A DNA stretch of 63,747 nt, filler included, from Asterionella formosa (taxonomy: Eukaryota): assembly GCA_002256025.1 (NCBI GenBank). It is 10 parts of 10 records of this genome, joined end to end, with 100 filler letters (N's around TTAATTAATTAA, not from the genome) between each part and the next. Parts side by side here need not be neighbours in the genome. Positions count along the whole stretch, not along the records: positions 19,188 to 25,474 come from NKIB01012753.1; positions 25,575 to 31,859 come from NKIB01012754.1; positions 31,960 to 38,238 come from NKIB01012755.1; 7 more parts are not named here. One strand, 5' to 3'. This document shows, one piece after another, positions 22,359 to 35,029 of the stretch. The position numbers were made by a program, and so were the translations under genes. The notes beneath the pieces were generated by a model, which did no database searches, was not told the DNA's origin, and saw only the letters and a program-made list of their open reading frames with translations. Position 1 is the stretch's first letter; every line of letters begins with the position of its first letter.

Positions 22359-23627
22359 TTAGTGACCACCTTTAATATGCTCATAGCTCAGCCAAAGGAC
22401 CCCTGTGACTGTTATGGCAGCTGAAAGAAACCACTTCACTATTGCTGGTCGTTCTGTGATCTCCTTGTACCAGCAAATTCCCCACATGCCACTTATCAAA
22501 ATCTTGGACTGCACGAGGCTATTGCCAACACCTTGACCTAAGTATGTCACTGAGAGTATCGATCCAAACATTCCCATACTCAATAGCAAGCCAGCGCAAA
22601 GTCCAGGTGCCCACAACTGACGAAAATGCCAGCTCGGTAGTTTTTCCCACGCTCCCGTTGGGGAACCTCCAGATTGGCAAAACTGGTAGAGGAACAGAAT
22701 TACCCAAAACCCGAAATTAGCAATCATCGAACCACACGCGAAGGGAACCATATACGTGGCTCCACCAAAGCCTTCTTTCTTGGCGTAATGAAGGGGAATC
22801 AATGAACTTCCGGATAAAAATCCATTCACCACAGCCCCCAGAATCCCCAATTGTCTTCGTGTCATGGCCATGGTCCCTCCAAAAAATGGTACCTTTAGTT
22901 CCTTTCTTGTCGGCTCGTTGGTTTCATCCAATAGTTTAAGAAACTCATCATCATCATCATTTTCATTTGGTGAGGTATCTTTACTATTCCGCTGTCTTTG
23001 TCTACTTTCCTCAGAAAACAATACTTGAATATCTTCATTTCCTGCCTTTATGATACTGCTTGCCGTAGTTGGCCTAGGAGCCGATGAATATCGACTCATC
23101 CCAACCAATCCAAGTCCTAACAAGAAGAACGCATGACATGTGTTGGTAAAATTATGTATAGGTTCATGGAATATGAGTATCCCCCAAATGAAATTAATCA
23201 TCACCATGACGGATGCCCACGTTCCGACTGCCAACGCCATGCCAGCATTTCGAATGCCATAAATTCCACCCGTCCCTCCACTGACCCACAACAGGCCTGA
23301 CAAGACTCCCCACGGTGTCCACCGAGGCTGTACTCCCAGCAATATAACAAACCAGCACGTTAGAAAGAAGACCAATGTCTTGTACGACTTGGGTGCGAAC
23401 GAGGGGTGAGTGTGTGAGACCCAACAGCATGTTGCAATAATCGACAAGTCATTTGGAAAGAACTATTGGTACGACGAACAGTATCATACCTGCAAAACGA
23501 GAGGGTGAACGTCCATCTTTTTCGTTTCCTTGATTGGAACACCATAGGATCCATAAGTGAGTGCAGCGAAAAAGGAGGCTATCCAGCCGCACTGATCACC
23601 GCATCCATCCAGCATGGAAACCACCAT
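22359..23627 (-). CDS. TMEM144-like / DMT-superfamily membrane transporter; exons 23627-23490 and 23387-22359
   Basis: Spliced YGSYGVPIK...VHPLVLQ/SYKT, GMALAVGTW, LGQGVG, SGMWGICWYKEI; about 10 hydrophobic segments. Confidence 0.82.
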
Positions 23628-24538
23628 CGTGCGGCCGTTGATCTAAAGTCAGAGTGATATTTTGCTTACTAGCACTGTTGTTTCGATGTCCCAAACAACA
23701 GCGATGACTTTTTCGGTCCGACTGGGTAAACCCTACATCGACTACTGTACCGGTATAATTGTACGGTCCCAGACAAAAACTGCTCAATATCATTATGAAC
23801 TACTCCTACTGCTCAGACCACAATTACGCGGTAATCTTACATCTTGTACTACAAACATTTTCAATTTTAGCGATTCGACAATATTTACTATGAACAAGAA
23901 GTCATTTGTTTTACGCATGTACACATACTTATGTCATAACGCCCGATCGATGTACAGTATGTGAAAAAAGTCCGAAAACGTTGAGTGGAAGAAAATAAAA
24001 TTAACTACGCCCGCATTGTATCATCGTATTCAATATAAATTAAAATGTTATACTCCAAGTAAATGTAGCTTGCTTTAACGCTTTTCTTCAGTTGGATTGC
24101 TTATTATTGTAGTGCAATTCTGTGCGCAATCCCATTTTAAATACACACCATAGTTTGCACAATAGCAATGAAGTGATTTTGTGCTGGCTGTTACAATGGG
24201 CGCGCTCTGATAATAAAAAATTATTATATCATGTGTATTATAACACAAATCGTTGTACCCATAACCCCAAAATTTGTGTTTGTGTTGACCAAATTTGGTA
24301 ATCCTGGTAGGCACCCCGAAACACAAATTTTTTACAGTTATATATAACAGTGCATTATATAAAACGATGTTTAGACATGAATGATTGTATAGAATTTCCA
24401 GGAATATTTCAAGACTTGCTTGCTCATACTCAAAATGGCTTGCTCTTGCCAAAATAGGTATGCATATACATATGCATATCATTACATATCAATCAACCTC
24501 CTCAATAAATTGATCGTCATCGCTTTTAGATTTCGGCC

Positions 24539-25390
24539 ATGTCTTCGTCTTCTTCTGGTCAAAGGAGAGTAGCCAGGGAGGGCTTCCCTTCCTCTTCAAG
24601 GCTGCTTGAACGTCGCCGTCACCAGCAACAAGAAAAACAACAGACTCAACCAGAAGAAGAGGAGGAGGACGACGACGAGAATGAAGATGACACTGGTGCT
24701 CATGAGTTTGTCAGTGATGATGAGGACAGTAGGATAGGTGTCCCAGGTGTTTCTCAGATTGGTGTTTCTGGAAGTGCGTATTTCTGATTGATCATGGTTG
24801 CAAACAAGGTGTCTTCGTCTGCAGTAGGCAGTCTCGTAATGGCATCTTCATGTGTCAGCAGTACTTTTAGAATCATTCGCCTTGAAAACCTCAACCAAAC
24901 ACTCAAAGAACCATGAGTTGATCCGAAAATAATCTGAAGAATCATATAGGAACCACGAGTCCTGGTCCATGCTAACCCAAGCGCTAGACAACTGTTGGAA
25001 CAGAGGTATCTTTGCCGACCTTTCTTTGCTGTTGAATTTCTAACAATGAAATCCGTATTTTTCCTACAGGGAGTGAAGGAATAAAAACAAGGTTTGAACA
25101 GCTGGTGTAGGAGCTCGAAAGAAGCATGGTCAAACCCACACAAGGTAATCAGAGCATCATCATGCTTGCTGTTGAACAAAGTCCAGAATGGACTCGATAA
25201 TGGATGCTGTAGTGCGTGGCAACGGATTTGCCACTTCTTCTTCTGACCTCATCAAAAGTCAAACTTTCCCTGAACGATGGCGTCCTATTTACTGGTGGAT
25301 AGCACATTGCAAACAGTAGCAATGGGATCATAATGTCATCATCATCATCATCATCATCAGGAGATGAGATGAAAGTCGACATGGTCAGTG
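24539..25390. mobile_element. Internally deleted PIF/Harbinger (ISL2EU)-like element: transposase N-half on minus strand (~24770-25383) meeting a convergent acidic ORF start (24539-~24760)
   Basis: DDALITLCGFDHASF..L..LF, LALGLAWTRTRGS...LQIIFG.T....SVWLRF.RR HTH region preceding a DDE_Tnp_4-type domain; the catalytic domain is absent. Confidence 0.7.
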
Positions 25391-25946
25391 ACCGACGATG
25401 ATGAATATATAGAACTCGTGCATATAATGAACAAGAGGCGGCATAGCATACAAGAGGATGCATCGATATGAAAANNNNNNNNNNNNNNNNNNNNNNNNNN
25501 NNNNNNNNNNNNNNNNNNTTAATTAATTAANNNNNNNNNNNNNNNNNNNNNNNNNNNNNNNNNNNNNNNNNNNNTTTTGGGTGATACAATTTCATTTTTA
25601 TTTTTGTGGAGAATGGATTTTTTCGGTTTAAATCGAGTAGCCGTTACATGATACTTTTTCAAAAAAAATGATACCAAATCGAAAATGATAAGAACGACCC
25701 TAAGCAAATGGAAAGGGTGTATATTGGTGAAAGCTCCGTTTAGCGATATACATTTTTTAAACTCTCAGGAAGTCTGTGTTTGACTATTCTGACTCAATTT
25801 TTTATTTTTAACCCTACCCGGTATCTAGTCTCCTCCAATCATTGTTACAAAATAGTTTTTTACCTCTCCTGGCGTCTTCATCAATTAGAATTGGAACAGT
25901 CAACAAACGAACGAACAGAATCCATTTGCAGTTTAACAAATCGAGG

Positions 25947-27287
25947 ATGAATGCGATGAGTCGTAGAGTATCGAGCGGAACTGCACGTGATTGTCTATCG
26001 TCGTCGGTGAAATTATTGTCCAGAAATGTAGTCAGTTGTAATCAGAAGAGAATGGTTGCAACTACCGGTAGAAGTCTTCGAGGCGAAGGAGCTCGTACTT
26101 CTCGCTTCCATCAACCAACATCATGCTACCAGCACTTCTCCACTTCGTCAAGAGTAAACTTTGCAGGTACCCTGAGGAATATGATGAAACCGTTCTACCT
26201 AAAATGTCACCCTGACGTTCAGGCAAGCGAGACTGCAAAAGAAGTCAACCTGGCTGCACTGAAAACGATCAATTCTCTCATGGACACAATGGAAGCGACC
26301 TGCAATGGAAAACTCGTGGATTGGCCGATCACTTTGGATGTGGAGTTTCTTATACCAATTCACGACCCCAAGGTCAAGAAGATGGAGCTAACCAGTCGAC
26401 GCACTGTGGAGCTCCTCCTTCCACCAAAGTCGTTGCGAGACACTATAATTCGGTCCATGGGAGAGCAAAAGCAACAAGCAATGGAATCACTGCAGCGGAA
26501 AATAAAATTTGAATTTGCCAAGATTCTAAAAATTGCTGGTTTGCCTGCCCCAGATTTAATTGACTATGCCAATGACGATGGGTCCGCGATTGACATGAAT
26601 TCTTGGCTGCATGATGAAATTGGGTTAAACGACTACGAAGACGGAAATCCGTTGAAACCAAAGCGGGGAATGAATCATAGCTTTGGCGGACGCCAACGTT
26701 TTAATACCAATCAACGCCCAGAACGTCCACAAACTCCGTGGGAACAGTCTAGAGCCCGATTTACCAGTAACATTGACCAAAAGAAGCTGAACGAAATGTA
26801 TCAAGGGGCTCTAGTCGAAATGCAAGCTGATATTGCCACTTATGGATATATGAAAGACGCAAGGCGACGCCAAGACTTTATAAGCAGCATTCTCGCACGA
26901 GTCCGGCTTGACAAGGATGCAACAAAAATAGACACCATGGAGCAATTGGTTGCTTTTCGACGCTTCTCCCTCATTTTCAACGATAATTTTGACGACTTGA
27001 AGTTTGAAGACATGGGTAAAATGTGGGAAGAATTAACTATCGTTTTGACGGACCCTCGTTCCTATAGCACGGCAGGAACGAGCATACGCAAACGAAGGAC
27101 ACGTTTTCTAGATAGTGGCTTTAGGTTCACTTATAGTGCTGACAATACTGTCACGGTTCATATTCCCATTGACTTTCAAGATGATGAACTCATGGTGGAA
27201 CTGAAACAGAATTTAAGCGATTTTGCTGAACTTGTCGGTGACAGCTTTGACGATATCGTGAAAAAATGCATGAAGAAAAGCAGTTAA
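25947..27287 (+). CDS. DUF4460 (TCAIM-like) protein, probably mitochondrial
   Basis: MKPFYLKCHPDV....AKEVN...LK.INS motif; Arg/Ser-rich presequence; first ATG at 25947. Confidence 0.8.
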   Translation: MNAMSRRVSSGTARDCLSSSVKLLSRNVVSCNQKRMVATTGRSLRGEGARTSRFHQPTSCYQHFSTSSRVNFAGTLRNMMKPFYLKCHPDVQASETAKEVNLAALKTINSLMDTMEATCNGKLVDWPITLDVEFLIPIHDPKVKKMELTSRRTVELLLPPKSLRDTIIRSMGEQKQQAMESLQRKIKFEFAKILKIAGLPAPDLIDYANDDGSAIDMNSWLHDEIGLNDYEDGNPLKPKRGMNHSFGGRQRFNTNQRPERPQTPWEQSRARFTSNIDQKKLNEMYQGALVEMQADIATYGYMKDARRRQDFISSILARVRLDKDATKIDTMEQLVAFRRFSLIFNDNFDDLKFEDMGKMWEELTIVLTDPRSYSTAGTSIRKRRTRFLDSGFRFTYSADNTVTVHIPIDFQDDELMVELKQNLSDFAELVGDSFDDIVKKCMKKSS

Positions 27288-27323
27288 TACTTCTGACTTC
27301 GGCCAACAATAATACGCGAAGCT

Positions 27324-29171
27324 TTAGGTTTCGTTCTTAGATATTAAACTTCTACCATCTGGATCTTCATAAAAATCCTTTTTTGTGAACAAAATCTTTT
27401 TAAACACAGTTCCCTTGAGAGGAAATTCCATAGCGATGGTCATGATATTCATTGTAGTGTCATTTGTTGGCTTGTTGTTAGCCTCCTGATATATCTCCTC
27501 ATCAGGCTTCATTCCTGGCTTTCTCGCTTCCAACTTGTCCCTTTCTGTTTTCCCTTTTAGTAGAGGGCTTGGTGGGTCCACCAACGATTCGTCCTCCATG
27601 GGGGAGTCGGAAGAAGCACCATTATTGGTAGTGAACTCAGAAGTAATAGCATCCTTGGCTGCCTGATCTTCAGCGTCTTGTTCGGGCTGCACAAATTCTT
27701 TCAAATTCATTTGAATACGAGCAAAACACTTGCCCTTCCCTGGAGGGACCATCGTCAACTGTTTCGCATGGCTTGGTTCACCTTTCTCTGCCGGCTCTAA
27801 CTCCATAGCACTTTCTATCTTCTCCGGAGTCGCTCCTTCCTTAATCGCTCGCTTTGTTGCGGCTTGCCGCGCTCGTCTTACTATCTTTCTCATGTAAGGG
27901 CCATCCACTGGCGTCATTAGATCCTTTGGGAAAACCGCGATCAAATCATTAAACTTGTTCATGCGCTGCTGATGCAAGGGAAACTTTTCCTTGATAAAGC
28001 CCATGTATAATGCTTGCGCACTAGTCCAGTCATCATGCGCCAGCGAAAATGCATTGAGCATGTCTTGCCATTCTCTCCCAAATTTGTTGCGGTCGACGCC
28101 ATCGTCCACTTGTGGCACCGGTACCGACACAACGAATTTCCCGCCAGCTAGGGTGTGCTTCGGGACCTTGACACGAAGTTTTTGGCCTGGCACGTGCGGG
28201 TTCGAAAATGTTACATCGTCACCGGCTGACTTTCCGGCTGGGACAACAATTGAAACCTTTTCCATAGTTTTGCGCCTGGGAAGTAGATCGTGTCCCATCT
28301 TTTTAATGGCTTTGGAAACGATGGCAAAGTGTTGATTCAAGACTTTCTTGCAGGCGTCCGCCTTTTCCTTCAACTCTGTAGCCCGGACATTGTCGAAAGA
28401 TATGGGCTTGCCATTTTTCGACGCGACTTCTTTAATAGTTTTAGGAACATCAACCGGATCTTTAGGAGCAACCACTTTGGTCGTTTCTCCTTCTGTTTGG
28501 GCTTTCTTTGGGCCCGTTTTTTTTGCAGCAGCTTTCTTTGTGCCGCCTTCTAATTTTCGCTTCTTCGATAAGTGTTCTTCCTGAACCGGGTCATATTCCA
28601 TCAAGTCGTGATCTTCCACTTCCAAGTCTCCAACATTGACAAAGAAATCCGCATCTTCATCTTCCAGCTCCAGTTTGGTATGCGTGGCTTGCGAAATGAC
28701 TTGCTCCGCCACGTCCCTTTGAAGGAGAGAATCGTCCAGGAACGATCCATCTGAATCATCATAAACACTCCCAGCCTTTTCTTCTTCCTCGTCTCCCCCA
28801 GCGTCGCCTTCGTCACCTTCCTCTTGCAGCATCACGCCACGCACGTACTTGGCTTCTAGATAATCCAAGACGCTTCCATACATATGACGATGAGTAATGT
28901 TCGTATCCACATCCTTCTGTTCGTCGTCTCCTTCCTTTCCTTCTTCCGCTTCATCCTTGTTGGTTTCCAGGACCACTTCCTTTGTTTTCAAGGCAGGAAA
29001 GAGCGCCAAAATGCCAGCGATGCGCTTCTTGCGAGTCTGACGAATGGCGATTCCAAGATCAGCAGTAACGTCGATTGGGATTTCGACGGTAATGGAGTCC
29101 TGAAAGAGGGACTTGCGTGGTTTGCCTGCTGGTGCTGCGGTCCTGCTGATGGTAGCGGTTTCAGCAACCAT
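27324..29171 (-). CDS. HPC2/ubinuclein-like HIRA-complex subunit (HUN/HRD domain)
   Basis: SVLDYLEAKY, YDDSDGSFLDDS...FFVNVGDLE, basic NLS-like stretch. Confidence 0.8.
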   Translation of the reverse strand: MVAETATISRTAAPAGKPRKSLFQDSITVEIPIDVTADLGIAIRQTRKKRIAGILALFPALKTKEVVLETNKDEAEEGKEGDDEQKDVDTNITHRHMYGSVLDYLEAKYVRGVMLQEEGDEGDAGGDEEEEKAGSVYDDSDGSFLDDSLLQRDVAEQVISQATHTKLELEDEDADFFVNVGDLEVEDHDLMEYDPVQEEHLSKKRKLEGGTKKAAAKKTGPKKAQTEGETTKVVAPKDPVDVPKTIKEVASKNGKPISFDNVRATELKEKADACKKVLNQHFAIVSKAIKKMGHDLLPRRKTMEKVSIVVPAGKSAGDDVTFSNPHVPGQKLRVKVPKHTLAGGKFVVSVPVPQVDDGVDRNKFGREWQDMLNAFSLAHDDWTSAQALYMGFIKEKFPLHQQRMNKFNDLIAVFPKDLMTPVDGPYMRKIVRRARQAATKRAIKEGATPEKIESAMELEPAEKGEPSHAKQLTMVPPGKGKCFARIQMNLKEFVQPEQDAEDQAAKDAITSEFTTNNGASSDSPMEDESLVDPPSPLLKGKTERDKLEARKPGMKPDEEIYQEANNKPTNDTTMNIMTIAMEFPLKGTVFKKILFTKKDFYEDPDGRSLISKNET

Positions 29172-29249
29172 GGTACATCGAGTTATCTGCTCTAGAGATG
29201 GACAAGTAGGAAACAAACGAGGGATGCAAAATAGGCGTTCTTTGTATTG

Positions 29250-31859
29250 ACGGAGTAACAGCAGCGGCTACAATCAGTACAGTATTTATTAGATATACCG
29301 TATTCTGGTATTTTACCAATGCATATCCATACGCACCAGTCCAATTCTTGGACACGTCCATGCTGTCGTCGTGTATCATAGGGTGTTTTTTTAGGCGGTT
29401 CTTTCTTTGAACTATCATATGAAACATGCAATCGGGTAGGCAGTAAAAGTACGAAGTAACAGTCGTAGTCTAGTATCATTCATAGCTATGATGTATATCT
29501 AACTAAATAATGGTGGTACCGGTATACCGGTAGTCCCATATGATGGTGATGGTGCAACATCAAGACAAGTATACATCATCAAGCAATTGGATGCCGACGA
29601 AAAGGCAAGAAACAGCGAACAAGAATGACGAGAATGGCTGCAATTTTCACTCCTACAGGTATTTTAATATACATTTCTACGTACAAGTGAGCAACAATTA
29701 CGCCGATATGATGATGTTTGACTGTGTCAAGCATCATCGTCTCCCGATTTCGGAGGCGAAATGCATGAGTAGGGAAAATGACGAATTCAACAACTTCACG
29801 TGACGAATTTGGTGGCGTTGCAACTTCCGATTACACATATCGACGTCACGAAACTGGTTCTATCGACGTTGTAACTGACCTAAATCGACAATAATCGGAC
29901 CTAATAATTCTGTTTCGGGCCAACTCGGCATCATCATGACGACAACCCTATGCCACACCTTCCGCAAGGTGCCCTCGTGACAGTTACCAGTACCTGGAGT
30001 ACCGCCAATCCTACAATACAATTTTCGCCTACTGGTAGTCTACATAGGTACTCCTAGTATACATCTAAAATATGACGTTTTGATCACGCATCACGGAGAA
30101 GCATTTACGACAAGTTTGTTGACGTTAGGGACGAGGTGGCATCACCGGTGATGGGTACCCTGGTACTCAGCAAACGCGAACGTCACAGGGGTGGTACCTG
30201 GTACCTAAAGTATAGGAACAAGGCGTAGATGTTTCCCATCACTGTGACAATCGATGGTGTTGCCATCAGCCAGATGAGAGAAGCTGTTTTGTACTGCTGA
30301 CATTATTGCGGTGGTACATAGATGATCAGCTAGCTTGAGGTCGAAGGCCACACATATATCATCATCAGTGAAGGAGCAATAAGGAAGTTTTGGATAAATA
30401 ATGCATGCAACATACATAAAACTAAAAGCCCAATGGTTGTTACTATGTATTCACGAGGCCCACATGATTTTCCCCTTTCGATTTGATATTTCATAGACTA
30501 GAGACTGTCTACAATTCTATGATTGCATGAATAAATTTATATACATGTGTATGTATAAAATAAAAGAAATACCAATATCATCGTCAAAGTTACCCTGGTA
30601 TCCTAAATACCGGTATTACGATGATACGATGATGGCTGTTTGGCTGTGTTGGCATCATCGTCTCCCAATTTCGGGCGGAGGCAAAATGCATCAGTAAGGA
30701 AAATGACGAATCGAACAACTTCACGTGATGACTTGATGGTGTAGCGACTTCTGATTACCCATATCGACATCACGAAACTGATTCTATTGACGTTGTGACT
30801 GACCTAAATTGACAATAATCGGATCAAATAATTCTGTTTTGGGCCAATTCAGCATCATCGTGACGACAATCCTAGAGGCCACACCTTCCGCAAGGTGCCC
30901 TTGTGAGAAAGTACAAAAAAATGGAGCAGTACCACTGTCTCAAAATATCTTCTACATAGCTATTTATTGACGTACTGATACATTCCGGTTTTTGCACATG
31001 ACTTCTATGTACATAAACTACCAGGGTACCGGGACCACCGGAAAAAACGTTTTTAATTAGACAAAGATTAAGCTAACTACCTCGATTACCGGACCTTCCA
31101 GCAGTACAAGACACAATATTGTACTACGTGAAACATGTGACCAGGTACCTGGTACCAGTACTAACTGGTAACCTAAAGTACCTGGTACCGGTACCGGTAT
31201 AGGAACAAGTCGTTTTAGACGGTTATGATCAAACGATGGCGTTACCTGGTACCATCAGCAACACGCGAGAAGCTGTTTCGTTTTGCTGAAGTCGTTATCC
31301 TGGTGGTGGATCATCAGTGTGCTTGAGGTCGTGATCGGCATGAAGGAGCAAGAACAAAGGACGATTGGATAAACAACAGTAATGGATAATACTCTTGTAA
31401 CTACCGGTATCTAGAAGCCCTCCTGTGTGTGTAATAATACCGGAATTCTCGAGGTCCATATGATTTTTCCCCTCCAAAAGATTCTCATAGACTACCGTAC
31501 CTGGTCCAACCATGCAAATATTGCACATATAAATATATATATACATGACTATTTAAATAGATACCACTGTCGTCGTCATCGCAGTGAGAAGCATTCACGT
31601 ATTCTTGACGTTGAAGACGAGATCGCATCACTGCAGATGCTCAGCAAACACAAACGCGATCGTCACTACCTGGTACTACCTGGTGCCTCCTCTATTACCG
31701 TACTCCTCATGAAATACCGGTACAAGTTACGGTACTCTGGAACTGTACGAGTTACCAGGTACCTACGTATGTCCAATGCATCATATATGAACCTACATTC
31801 CGTTGTGCCAACGAATATGTTGATCATACAATACGTCGTCGTGATCGTTTCCCACATAA
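29250..31859. repeat. Non-coding repeat family with a diverged ~0.95-kb tandem duplication (29700-29980 ~ 30640-30905; 30200-30560 ~ 31170-31560)
   Basis: Shared blocks such as cacaccttccgcaaggtgccc and cctaaagta..taggaacaag; also homologous to 31960-33795. Confidence 0.85.
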
Positions 31860-31959
31860 NNNNNNNNNNNNNNNNNNNNNNNNNNNNNNNNNNNNNNNNN
31901 NNNTTAATTAATTAANNNNNNNNNNNNNNNNNNNNNNNNNNNNNNNNNNNNNNNNNNNN

Positions 31960-33795
31960 TTATGTGGGAAACGATCACGACGACGTATTGTATGATCAAC
32001 ATATTCGTTGGCACAACGGAATGTAGGTTCATATATGATGCATTGGACATACGTAGGTACCTGGTAACTCGTACAGTTCCAGAGTAACTTGTACCGGTAT
32101 TTCATGAGGAGTACGGTAATAGAGGAGGCACCAGGTGGTACCAGGTAGTGACGATCGCGTTTGTGTTTGCTGAGCATCTGCAGTGATGCGATCTCGTCTT
32201 CAACGTCAAGAATACGTGAATGCTTCTCACTGCGATGACGACGACAGTGGTGTCTATTTATATAGTCATGTATATATATGTATATGTGCAATAGTTGCAT
32301 GGTTGCACCAGGTAGTCTATGAGAATCTTTTGGAGGGGAAAAATCATATGGACCTCGAGCATACCGGTATATTACACACACAGGAGGGCTTCTAGATACC
32401 GGTAGTTACAAGAGTATTATCCATTACCGTTGTTTATCCAATCGTCCTTTGTTCTTGCTCCTTCATGCCGATCACGACCTCAAGCACACTGATGATCCAC
32501 CACCAGGATAACGACGTCAGCAAAACGAAACAGCTTCTCGCGTGTTGCTGACGGTACCAGGTAACGCCATCGTTTGATCATAACCGTCTAAAACGACTTG
32601 TTCCTATACCGGGACCAGGTACCTGGTTACATGTTTCACGTAGTACAATATTGTGTCTTGTACTGGAAGATCCGGTAATCGAGATTGTTAGCTTAATCTT
32701 TGTCTAATTAAAAACGTTATTTCCGGTGGTCCCGATACCTGGTACCAGGTACCCTGATAGTTTATGTACATAGAAGTCATGTGCAAAAACCGGAATGTAT
32801 CAGTACGTCAATAAATAGCTATGTGGAAGGTATTTTGAGACACAGTGGTACTGCTCCAGATTTTTGTACTTTCTCACAAGGGCACCTTGCGGAAGGTGTG
32901 CCTCTAGGATTGTCGTCACGATGATGCTGAATTGGCCCGAAACAGAATTATTTGATCCGATTATCGTCAATTTAGGTCAGTCACAACGTCGATAGAAGCA
33001 GTTTCGTGACGTCGATATGGGTAATCGGAAGTCGCTACGCCATCAAGTCGTCACGTGAAGTTGTTCGATTCGTCATTTTCCTTACTGATGCATTTCCCCT
33101 TCGCCCGAAATCGGGAGACGATGATGCCGACACAGCCAAACAGCCATCATCGTATCGTCATAATACCGGTACTTGCTTACCTGAATGTAATAAGCATGTA
33201 TGTTAGAATACCAGGGTACCTGTATGTAGGAAAAATAATTGCATCCATTCTTGTCATTTCTTGTTCGCTGTTTCTTGCCTTTTCGTCAGCATTCGATTAC
33301 TTGATGATGTATGCTTGCCCTTGATCTTGGACCATCATCATCACATGGAATTTTAGTGATGTCTACTATTTATATACATATCACTCCTATGATACTACTA
33401 GACTATAACCAATACCTGGAACTTTTGCTGTCTATCGGAGTGGCTGCATGTATAGTTACCAATCTCCAAAGAAGTCCCCTAATAAAACAACTCTGTGATA
33501 CACAACATCATGGATGTGTCCAAGAATGTCAGAATGTGTCTGTTAGGCTGTTGATGTCAACAGGTCTCCAAAGACTAGATTTAGTCCAAGGAATGTCTAA
33601 ATGGAAATAGACAGTATTTATGTAGCAGAATAATGTGCAAATGCATGGTGCAAGAAAGCTCTTGACCAGTCATTCCAGGGCTGTACTGGAGCATGCTAGG
33701 AAGAAACGCCATAAATTTCAACACAGGAATTGGACTGGTATGCATAGTGGCAAAATACAAGAGTACCTGTGGTATTTATTGTCAAACAGCAGCCG
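31960..33795 (-). repeat. Second copy of the same family in opposite orientation, on the next contig
   Basis: 31960-33170 is a near-identical reverse complement of ~30610-31859; 33250-33795 matches 29260-29640 more weakly. Confidence 0.9.
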
Positions 33796-34133
33796 TTGCT
33801 AACTGTTGACCAAAACCAAAACCAAAACCAAACAACTTATTTTTGGATTGGTTTTGGTTATACTGACGCAAAAACAATGCTATCGGTTTTTGGGAAATCC
33901 TAAATGTTGTCAACCACCCATCTACTGTGATGTAGGATGACAAAAACATTATTAAAAAAGTAAAAATATTTCTATTAGACTACTTTTATAAATGAAATAT
34001 TACGATTCCTATTTGGGAAGTTGTTAGTTTTTCCCGCAATTTGAGCGATGCTGCTTTCTTGTCATCCAACTACACACCAGTATGTATGTATACTATAGTG
34101 TTGTATATACTCCAAGTACATATTACCAGGTAC

Positions 34134-34169
<36 letters not shown>
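34134..34169 (+). repeat. (ACA)n microsatellite
   Basis: About 12 perfect trinucleotide units. Confidence 0.95.
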
Positions 34170-35029
34170 TCTGTCGATTGCCACTCATCCTTGACTATGG
34201 CACCAGCACCCCTCCCAGCCAAGAAAGCTCTTTCTGCATGACAAAATGAGTTGCAACAAACTGTTGCATTGCTGTTTTGGACAAGGTATGAGGAGGGCCA
34301 ACAATGACAATCAAAAATCTTCAGAATAAAATATATCTACTTTATCATGGCGATCCATCCGTGAAAGGAAGCATTGGATATTTGGAGTCTCTGCTGAGGG
34401 GAAGTAATTGTCTTATACATAACAATAATAATATGCTAATCCTGGTACTGCAGCTCTACATCATGGCAATACTAAAATACAAAATGGCTGAATCACTACA
34501 ACTTACTATATATCCCATCCATGTACATGTTCATGACAGAATTATCGCGGGTGGCACGCTAGCAGTGCCAAGCCTAGTATGCATACCGGTATATGGGAGG
34601 GAGTAGCAATCATTCAGAATCACAGTACTGGTACCAGGTACCATTACTCACCAGAAGTAACTTAACATGATGCCATTCCAGACATATTCACAAAACAGAT
34701 TTGCTATTCATATATTTTGTATATTTAGAATTAATACGAATTAAAATTTATGTAAAAGGATAAAAGGATTCTGACAATACCGGTGGTAAGGATGATTGTT
34801 GATATGCCGCTTCATGCATCCAGTTGCCAACAATCACATCGTTTCGATTTTCTCCATCAATTCATGCCCGATTACACTACAAAATTGTGCAGTCGATAAC
34901 AGACATTAAACCGAATAGATATTGAGTCCAGCACTCAGAATTTGATATGAAATGATTCGTTCCATACCCATGCGAAGATGTGACGACATTGTCTCCGTTG
35001 GGAACTTCTGCAAATAAATAATAAACATC

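Noticed and set aside
31427..32381. Duplicated 162/157-aa ORFs
   Set aside because: Non-coding repeat; the copies differ by frameshifting 5-bp insertions and have no motif
30610..33170. Apparent 2.5-kb palindrome or giant TIR centred on the gap at 31860
   Set aside because: The arms are on different size-sorted contigs that break at the same base of a shared repeat; their adjacency and orientation are artificial
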